A DNA stretch of 53,717 nt from IMG/VR virus record IMGVR_UViG_3300012942_000055, positions 1 through 53,717 of that record, one strand, 5' to 3'. Shown piece by piece: positions 7,599 to 15,639 of the stretch (the stretch's first letter is position 1; each line of letters starts with the position of its first letter). Position numbers and translations under genes: made by a program. Source of the DNA: a virus. Lineage: Duplodnaviria > Caudoviricetes. Under the pieces are notes generated by a model that worked only from the letters and a program-made list of their open reading frames with translations, was not told the origin of the DNA and did no database searches.

Positions 7599-10500
7599 AT
7601 GTATTCATCATTTGAACGCTCCGCCAATGCTAAGAAGCAACTCCGTGACAAGTACGGTAAGTGGATTTTCATGGGCGGACTTGGAAAATTTTTCGATGCC
7701 CTTTCAAATTCGTGGAAGACAGGAACCGTTGACGGAATCAACGGTGACTACGTACATTTCCACGGAGATGACGGACACGAATATAACGTTCACCGCTCAT
7801 ATGTAGAGTCAATTCCAAGCAAGGCACACCTACCGGGAACAAATACCCCTAACGTCTCTGCGCCTGCAAAAGCGCCAACTACTTCTGTCCCACACTACCA
7901 CGGAGCAGGAGACAGTTTCGTCTCTGCTCAGGCCACTCCAAAGAGCATGTACGGGGCCAATTACGTCGTTACCGTAGGAAAAGACGGACAAGTCTACCCT
8001 TCCTACATCAAAGACGGTGACGTGCTGTACGGTGACGGAAACGGCGGACTCGCCCGAGGCAGCAAGCCCATTCTTGGGGGCTCTAGTTTCAGCCACTTCA
8101 ACACAGATGGTGAAACCTGGACAGTTCAAGGAAAGCCTAAGGTTAAAGGCGGCTCAAATGGTGGTACCACCATCACAGCCGTGGACAAGGACGGTAACAC
8201 CAAGGAATTCTTTATTCCTAAGTCTGACACCCAGCCTTTTGCCCGTGCAGATGCACAAACAGACCAATACATCAAGCAGCAAGAAGATGCCAAGAAGGCA
8301 AGCATTCCTACAAATACAAAGGCAACTACGGAACCAAAAGCAGACACCGACGAGATTACCGACGCATCTTCTTGGAAGAAGACCGGAAACCTCGGAGGGT
8401 CTAATGGTGCTGCCATCTATGAAGACGAGGATGGAAACAAGTACGTCCTCAAATTCCCACCGTCAGAGTCTCACGCCAAGAATGAAGTTCTAGCCAGCCG
8501 TCTTTACGGTCTCGCTGGCGTGCCTATGCCACACTATGAACTTGCGTCTCGTGATGGCAAACTCGGTGTCTATTCCCCATACATGGAAGACATTGACACC
8601 AATGGGCTTAACAGTGCACTTAACAAGAACGACAGCAAGTACCTAGACAAACTCCGTGAAGATTTCGGAGCAGACGCCTGGCTCGCAAACTGGGACGTTG
8701 CAGGACTTGCAAATGATAACGTAATCTCTGATAAAGACGGAGACCCTATTCGTGTTGATCCAGGTGGCTCGCTCATTTACCGCGCACAGGGCTCTCCTAA
8801 GGGTGCTGCATGGAACAAGGACGCGAATGAGTGGGAAACACTACGCGACTCTTCTACGTCTCCGCAAGGCTCAAAAATCTTCAATGGAATGTCAGACGAG
8901 CAACTAAAGGATTCTGCCCAAAAGGTTGCTAACATTTCTGATGCGGATATCGACTACACAGTAGATTCTGTTGGACTCTCCGACAAAGATGCAGCCGACA
9001 TGAAGGCTACCCTCAAGGCACGTCGAGACGCTATTGCCAAAAAGGCTGGCGTTACCCCGCATCCAGACGAGGATTCTCTCGGAGCAAAGGCACAACTTCC
9101 CGCCCCAACTTCCACTGAGAACAAGTCCTACAAGGAATTCCTCACTGATAACCACCTAGATGACAACAACGCCGCAACTGCGTACGTTAAGCACTATGCG
9201 GAAGACGGTAATGCACCAGAAATCTCTACCGATAACTACGTCCCACAAGACGGAGATATCGTACAGATTGGTGACAAGTCCTACGTTGTTGGCACAAACT
9301 CTATCCTTGATGATCAAGATAAAGTGCATCTACAGCGTGCAGGACTTTCCACCCCAGGTAAGGGCTCATCTGCCAAAAAACCAGACGGCGGTTCAGTCGT
9401 CTCCAAGTCCGACCTTACCCCTGACAAGGCTTGGCGTCCAGGTGCAAGTAAAGAACAAGCAAAGGCTGAGTTAACACCTGAGGCAACTAGCGATACCCAA
9501 GAACAGCAATTCCACGTACTACCGTCAGATCAGCGCGGTAAGTCCGGAGACGGTTACCACGAATCTGGTCCTTGGGGTAAGTACGGTGCATCTGGCGTGC
9601 TCATTCACGCTCAAGATACCGATAAGTACTACATCGTACAGCGCGGAGGATTTGTTTCATCCAACAAGGGTAAGTGGCAACTTCCTGGTGGGGCGATGGA
9701 AGAACACGAGAACCCATATCAGGGTGCTTCTCGTGAACTCACCGAAGAAACCTCTTTCACTGAGGATGACCTCAAAGACCTTTCCCACGCCGGAGACGTA
9801 GTTTTCGACAATGGAAAGGGCTGGCAATACACCAACATTGCGGCCAACATTCCTAATGAGAAAGATATTACTGTTGACCCTAAGGAGTCCGCAGACGGCA
9901 AGTGGGTTTCCGCAGATGAACTCAAGCAAATGCGTGATAACGGAGAACTTGTCCCAGCATTTTCAAGCAACCTAGACAACATTCTCGCAAAGTACAACGA
10001 ACCAGACAATACCCCTGAGGTCGAGCACATTTCCGAAAAGGAAGCAGAAGATGTTGCTGATGCACCGCAGACTCCAAAGGCAGAGATTTCCAACATTCCT
10101 GAGATTGGGTATGATGAAGTCAATGATGTTGTAGCCAACCACGCAGATGAGGGTGGATCACAGGCTCCTGCCGACTACAATCTCCCAGATGGTACACACA
10201 TTTCCATCGATCCAGGAGACGAGGACCACTTTGTTGTGCACTCAGACCCAGAAGGTAAAACTCTTAATACTTATTCAAAAGAAGAAGCAACTAATTCTGA
10301 CTTTGACCAAGTTCTAGAGAATTCTGCATTCGGCTCCGAAGCACCAGACCGTGTGGAAAAGTCCGCACCACGTGTTTCCCCAGACGCCAACGACCTTGAC
10401 TCTCTTGCCGCAGGTGATGTAGTCAAGTTGTCCGATGCTGCTGGCAACAAGGTATTCATCAAGCAACCAGATGGCACATTCGAAGCCTCCTGGCTCCCTG

Positions 10501-13500
10501 ATGACCACAAAAACAAATACCAAACATCTGACCAGATTCACGCTGTTGCAGCCTACACCGGCCAAGATGTTCAGGTTGTCAAGGAAACAGAAGCAAAGGC
10601 AGATGTTCCAGAAGAAGCGACGCCAACGCCAGACACCACCCCTGCTGCATCTGAGGGTCTACAGGACTTCTCTGGCATTTCTGACAAGGACTTCTCTGAC
10701 TGGGTAGATGGGCTCAACCCAAACGATTCTGTTACTATTCACGATGATGACTATAACAACAATGAGACCTTCTACAAAGGCGGAGATGACGAGTGGTTTG
10801 CATCCGGCGACACACAAGGTGAATACCCATTTTCAGATCAGTACATCAAGAACCACAAAGATGATGTAGTTGCGTTTGAGTCTTCCAGCGGAGCACCACA
10901 ATCGTCTGCTCCTTCAACAGAACAGGCACCCGAGCCTGAGCCTGAAACACCGCAGGCCCCTGCCGCTACTGCCACACCAGATGTAGCCAAGACAATTGAC
11001 GGAATCAACTACGACTCCAACGGAGACGCTTGGGTTCCAGACAAGTCCGGTAATGCTATTTCTCTCGGTACTGTTGTCAAGAACAAATCTGGCGAACTCG
11101 GTAAGGTAGATTACATCCAAAAGGGTGGAAAGAAAGTACGTGTCAAGACAGAAGATGGAAACACCAAATTCTGGAATGCACACATGATCGATACCCAAGA
11201 CGATGCTGCGTTCACCGAGAAGGACTCTCCATATCAAGTCCACACCGACACTAATGGAGAGAACTACGTCAAGACATTTGACGGAGAAAATCTCTACGTA
11301 GGTGATGAGGCAAAGACCGAGGGCAAGACTGGAATCAGCGGTAAGGTAGTAGGTTTTGCCAAGGGCGGAGAATTCGTTCTCATTGAAGACGCCAAGACTG
11401 GTGACGTTAAGCCACGTAAACTTGACAAGGTTCAAAAGACCAAGGCAAATCACGCTGATGTTCCTGAGGCAGAAGTTCCTGCGTCCAATACACCAGAGGA
11501 AGAGACTCCAAATGCTGAACTACAGCCAGGAGATAAAATCACCTCAGTAGCACCACTTGCTGACCTGCCAGTTGGGTCACAGATTAATTACGTAGGTAAC
11601 AAAGGCACAGTCACATACGTCAAGCAGGAAGATGGAAGTTGGAACGGAAAAGGCAATAACGGCACACCTGACTACTTTGACGACGATGCATTCTCTAATG
11701 CTGCAAAGCAAGGCAAACTAGAGTACAGCGGCATGTCTGAGGCTTCGCCTGCACAGCCTGCACCTGAACCTGGCACCAAAGTACCATCTGATGAAGACTT
11801 CAAGAACTACCCAGTAGGTACGGTTGTCACTCACAAGGACCAGTACGGCCCTGCCACAACATATACCAAAGTTTCAGATGACTCATGGGAAAGCGGGGAC
11901 ACCAAGGATATCCACGATTGGGCCTTTGCTGGCGCAATCAAGGAAGGTACCTTGTACACGGGCGAAGAAAAAGACCACCCCGGCGTACAAGAAGAAAATG
12001 CTACCCCTGAACCTGCCGAATCTACAGAAACACCTGAAACGGGTATTTCCATTTCTTCTGTAGAAGAGGTAGCCAACCTACCAGAAGGCTCCTACGTTGA
12101 GGGCAAGAACATGTGGGGGGAGACTCAGGCATACGTTAAGATGGGCGACGGTAAGTGGCACATGGCGTATCCAGACGGATATCTCTCTTCTGGTGTGTGG
12201 CCGGATTCGGCTATTGCAGTTCTAGATGACGCTCAAAAGAAGGATATGCCAGATCATGTCCAGTACACACCATCTGTAAATACAGAGCCAGGTGCTCAGG
12301 TAGATTCTGTGCAAGTCCTCAAGGCTATGCCAACTGGAACTAAAATCTCTGTAGACGGCCTTGGAAACTTCACCAAGGATTACGATGGTTCATGGCAGTC
12401 TGATGACATTAATGAGCCACCTAATGAAAGTGAAGAATTTGCTTCTCTCGCAAAGGACGGTAAAATCCACGTTGCAGGGGAAAACACTGCCATAGAGCCT
12501 GGGACTACTATCAACGACTATGAAACCTTCAAGGGACTGCCTGTTGGCACTAAAGTAACAGCAGGAAATGTAGGTAATGTGTATGAGAAGCAGGCAAACG
12601 GTGACTGGAAAGTAGGTAACGGTTCTGAGGCTCAATTCCCTGATCAGGCATTTGAGAATGCTGTAAACAACGGTACTGTGAAAACTGTGGGGGATGCTCC
12701 TGTTGCCGAGGCTACCGCAATCGATTCCGGACCTTCCATCAAGGGTGCCGGTAACGCTGACCTGCACGTTGGCGACACCGTAACCAAATCTCCTGGCGGT
12801 AAGAAAGAATCAACCGGAAAGATCGTAGAGATTTCCGATGACGGCGTTCACGTTGTCATGGAACAGCAAGGCACCGGAAAGCACATTCCTTACGTTGCTA
12901 AGCACCTTCACCTCAAGGAAAAGGGAACACAAACTTCTGCCCCTAAGACTCCACAGCAGGCTGAGATTTCCAAGGATGCTCCGGAATTCGTAGCGCCACC
13001 TAAGAAGCCATCAGCAGCCACCACTGACGTTAATTCTCCGTGGTACGGTAAGCCAAAGCCTGAGGCACCTATTGCCGCAGAAACTGAGCAAACTTCTTGG
13101 GTTCCTGATGATTTCCTCAAAGAAATTGAAGATCGATACAAGGCTAAGATTCGCCCAGAATGGACAAAAGACTCCATCCAAGAATCTAGTAAGTGGTCTT
13201 TGGTTAAGAAGGCAATTGACACGGGTGACGTAGACACAATCAATTCTCTCCACCAATCACAACTTATCAGTGATGAAATGCACCAAAAAACTTTGGCGCA
13301 TATCGAACAGGCTAAGGCAAAGATTGAGCAAGAGAAGAAGGTGTTTGCTGAACTACAGAAGCAACACAATGAAGACCTCAGTGCGTGGAAGGCTGCAAAT
13401 GGTGTATCTTCCCAGACAGGATTTGACGATCTTCCAGAAATGTCTACGGAGAACTTCTATGGTGGACCTGCCGACTGGAACAAGGCACACTATGGAACTC

Positions 13501-14834
13501 CAACAGTCAACTCTGCTTTTGATAAGGTAAATAGCAGTAATGCGGCAGCAATTCACACCGTATCCGTTGCCACTGATTCTTCTGATATCGAAGACCTTGA
13601 TGTTCAAGTTTCTCGCGTCATCGATAAAAACGGAAATGAAGTTCTTGCACTTAAGTTCAAGTTGTCTCCAAAGGCCGGAGATGAATTCAACAAGACTGTT
13701 GGAAACATTGAAGGCGTAGATGTAGCCAGTGAACTTCAACTAGATCAGACTGAACTTAGTTCAAACGGGCTTGTTAAGTACACGGGACTTAGTGCATGGA
13801 CTTCACACAAGGGCAAGACTTACCGCTGGACCGATCAAGAAACCGGAGCACAATTCACGTTCTCCCACGACACCGGAGCCACAACGAAACTTAACCCAAC
13901 AGCGGTTCACAATCGTGTTCAGGTATTCCTACCAACAACTGCAACAGCAGAGGACTACCAGAAGGTTCTTGAGAAACTTGGTGTCAAGAGTGCTGCCCCA
14001 GCCTCCGAAGGAGACATTGAAGACTACATCAAGCACCGTATGGTTACTTTGATGGGAAGTAAGACTAACCCACTTGCACGCTATACTCCGCAGCAACTTA
14101 ATACCGAACTTGCCGCTATTAAGGCTGAGTATGGTGTGGATTGGACAGATATGAAGTTCTCTACAGATACTTCTGGTAGAGTACGAGTATTCCTTCCTGA
14201 TGCTGCAACTGATAAAGTTATTGAAAAGACTAATTTCAACGGCCTTTATCACAACTTGTCAAGCGCAGGCCACCTAGAGCAAATGCTCACAAGTGATAAG
14301 GCAGGTCTTATTGCAACAACCGACCGTTGGTCTGAGGGCCTTGGTGGGCACGGTATGTCGTCTGCTTCTGACATTAGTGAAGGAAGTTCGGACTACACAT
14401 TCCACAAGGTCAATCCTTCTGAGGTTGTTGCCGGTGCAAAGAATCCATTTGACAGTTATGCGCCTAAGATCGTAGCGCACCCTAAGGCGATTGCACGCCG
14501 TATGGATATTTACGGAAATGCTGGTGACTCATTTGGAAAGCACTCGACTGGGACCGATGTGTACTCTCTTATGGGTAACAAGTACACGTATGAAATTATG
14601 ATGAAGCACGGCATCGATCTTTCAGATATTTGGTTCATCACCATGTCTGAGTCTGATAGACAAGCGCTTTTGTCCAAACTCAAGGCTAGAGGTATTACTG
14701 AAATTAATGGTCTACCGATTGACAACTTCATCATTTCACACGGTATGACCATTCCTGAGGTCGATGAATCTCAGTGGAGCACCGACTACATGGCCGGTGC
14801 CTCTGCTCCGCCTTCCAGTGGCGGAGTTGCTTGA
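7599..14834 (+). CDS. Giant multidomain head-associated protein: HipA/PI3K-like kinase fold + Nudix hydrolase + repeated beta modules + ART-like C-terminus
   Basis: 2411-aa ORF between portal and protease. Kinase-like motifs GGSNG/YVLK/NEVLA/DAWLANWD/RVDPG; Nudix box GAMEEHENPYQGASRELTEET; C-terminal LYHNL..GLIAT..DYTF..YEIMMK. Confidence 0.8.
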   Translation: MYSSFERSANAKKQLRDKYGKWIFMGGLGKFFDALSNSWKTGTVDGINGDYVHFHGDDGHEYNVHRSYVESIPSKAHLPGTNTPNVSAPAKAPTTSVPHYHGAGDSFVSAQATPKSMYGANYVVTVGKDGQVYPSYIKDGDVLYGDGNGGLARGSKPILGGSSFSHFNTDGETWTVQGKPKVKGGSNGGTTITAVDKDGNTKEFFIPKSDTQPFARADAQTDQYIKQQEDAKKASIPTNTKATTEPKADTDEITDASSWKKTGNLGGSNGAAIYEDEDGNKYVLKFPPSESHAKNEVLASRLYGLAGVPMPHYELASRDGKLGVYSPYMEDIDTNGLNSALNKNDSKYLDKLREDFGADAWLANWDVAGLANDNVISDKDGDPIRVDPGGSLIYRAQGSPKGAAWNKDANEWETLRDSSTSPQGSKIFNGMSDEQLKDSAQKVANISDADIDYTVDSVGLSDKDAADMKATLKARRDAIAKKAGVTPHPDEDSLGAKAQLPAPTSTENKSYKEFLTDNHLDDNNAATAYVKHYAEDGNAPEISTDNYVPQDGDIVQIGDKSYVVGTNSILDDQDKVHLQRAGLSTPGKGSSAKKPDGGSVVSKSDLTPDKAWRPGASKEQAKAELTPEATSDTQEQQFHVLPSDQRGKSGDGYHESGPWGKYGASGVLIHAQDTDKYYIVQRGGFVSSNKGKWQLPGGAMEEHENPYQGASRELTEETSFTEDDLKDLSHAGDVVFDNGKGWQYTNIAANIPNEKDITVDPKESADGKWVSADELKQMRDNGELVPAFSSNLDNILAKYNEPDNTPEVEHISEKEAEDVADAPQTPKAEISNIPEIGYDEVNDVVANHADEGGSQAPADYNLPDGTHISIDPGDEDHFVVHSDPEGKTLNTYSKEEATNSDFDQVLENSAFGSEAPDRVEKSAPRVSPDANDLDSLAAGDVVKLSDAAGNKVFIKQPDGTFEASWLPDDHKNKYQTSDQIHAVAAYTGQDVQVVKETEAKADVPEEATPTPDTTPAASEGLQDFSGISDKDFSDWVDGLNPNDSVTIHDDDYNNNETFYKGGDDEWFASGDTQGEYPFSDQYIKNHKDDVVAFESSSGAPQSSAPSTEQAPEPEPETPQAPAATATPDVAKTIDGINYDSNGDAWVPDKSGNAISLGTVVKNKSGELGKVDYIQKGGKKVRVKTEDGNTKFWNAHMIDTQDDAAFTEKDSPYQVHTDTNGENYVKTFDGENLYVGDEAKTEGKTGISGKVVGFAKGGEFVLIEDAKTGDVKPRKLDKVQKTKANHADVPEAEVPASNTPEEETPNAELQPGDKITSVAPLADLPVGSQINYVGNKGTVTYVKQEDGSWNGKGNNGTPDYFDDDAFSNAAKQGKLEYSGMSEASPAQPAPEPGTKVPSDEDFKNYPVGTVVTHKDQYGPATTYTKVSDDSWESGDTKDIHDWAFAGAIKEGTLYTGEEKDHPGVQEENATPEPAESTETPETGISISSVEEVANLPEGSYVEGKNMWGETQAYVKMGDGKWHMAYPDGYLSSGVWPDSAIAVLDDAQKKDMPDHVQYTPSVNTEPGAQVDSVQVLKAMPTGTKISVDGLGNFTKDYDGSWQSDDINEPPNESEEFASLAKDGKIHVAGENTAIEPGTTINDYETFKGLPVGTKVTAGNVGNVYEKQANGDWKVGNGSEAQFPDQAFENAVNNGTVKTVGDAPVAEATAIDSGPSIKGAGNADLHVGDTVTKSPGGKKESTGKIVEISDDGVHVVMEQQGTGKHIPYVAKHLHLKEKGTQTSAPKTPQQAEISKDAPEFVAPPKKPSAATTDVNSPWYGKPKPEAPIAAETEQTSWVPDDFLKEIEDRYKAKIRPEWTKDSIQESSKWSLVKKAIDTGDVDTINSLHQSQLISDEMHQKTLAHIEQAKAKIEQEKKVFAELQKQHNEDLSAWKAANGVSSQTGFDDLPEMSTENFYGGPADWNKAHYGTPTVNSAFDKVNSSNAAAIHTVSVATDSSDIEDLDVQVSRVIDKNGNEVLALKFKLSPKAGDEFNKTVGNIEGVDVASELQLDQTELSSNGLVKYTGLSAWTSHKGKTYRWTDQETGAQFTFSHDTGATTKLNPTAVHNRVQVFLPTTATAEDYQKVLEKLGVKSAAPASEGDIEDYIKHRMVTLMGSKTNPLARYTPQQLNTELAAIKAEYGVDWTDMKFSTDTSGRVRVFLPDAATDKVIEKTNFNGLYHNLSSAGHLEQMLTSDKAGLIATTDRWSEGLGGHGMSSASDISEGSSDYTFHKVNPSEVVAGAKNPFDSYAPKIVAHPKAIARRMDIYGNAGDSFGKHSTGTDVYSLMGNKYTYEIMMKHGIDLSDIWFITMSESDRQALLSKLKARGITEINGLPIDNFIISHGMTIPEVDESQWSTDYMAGASAPPSSGGVA

Positions 14835-14861
14835 AGCAAAGAGATGGTGTAGGATAGGAAC

Positions 14862-15599
14862 ATGCCAACTATTAACCAAGCAGACCTCTCAGAAGCACTC
14901 GTAGGCCCCTTCGTGGGGCCTGCGGGCACTATCTCAGAAGGTCCATTCGTAATCAATCACAACAACGTTGAGTCATTTGGGGCACACCTCATGCAAGACG
15001 GGGAGAACATCACTGTATTTGATGGAAACACCGTGAGAGAGTTCAATGACAAATATGCTGTCACAGTTTCCGATGACACAATTCAGTTTGATAGTGATTT
15101 CTATGACTCACACTACACTCTTCGTCCTGTAACACTTGCAGACCAGGCTATACTTTCTTCTGGAAGTACAGATGCAACTACTGATGCTGAATTTGCAGAA
15201 AGCATTTATTACGGCCTACTACAAAATGGTCTTCTCGGAGACGAGACCGCAGATTACCCACAAAACGGAGATAATGTGACAACGCAACCAGTTACCGCAG
15301 CAGCGGCAACACCAGAAGATCGTGCCGAAGGCTCAACCATCTATGTTCTCGTAGATGACGATGGGACCACGGTGACCGATCTTATGAAAACAGATGCCAA
15401 TGGCTACTATGTTCGTGACAACGAGACATGGCAGGCACTTGACCCTGACGCAGATGAAGAATCTGATCCCCAGTATTTCGACAAAGACTGGATCAAGGTC
15501 AATGCTGATGCAATTGAGCAGTATGATGACGATGTGGCTTCAAAAGACACACTAAACAAGGATGAGTTTTCGCAGTACATCATCCCTTGGTCTGTGTGA
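14862..15599 (+). CDS. Acidic head-module protein (245 aa)
   Basis: AGGA SD; its C-terminal module resembles two modules of the 660-aa neighbour. Confidence 0.8.
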   Translation: MPTINQADLSEALVGPFVGPAGTISEGPFVINHNNVESFGAHLMQDGENITVFDGNTVREFNDKYAVTVSDDTIQFDSDFYDSHYTLRPVTLADQAILSSGSTDATTDAEFAESIYYGLLQNGLLGDETADYPQNGDNVTTQPVTAAAATPEDRAEGSTIYVLVDDDGTTVTDLMKTDANGYYVRDNETWQALDPDADEESDPQYFDKDWIKVNADAIEQYDDDVASKDTLNKDEFSQYIIPWSV

Positions 15600-15639
15600 T
15601 ATACTTAATTAGCCAAATTGTTAAACTACGGAGTGTGAA

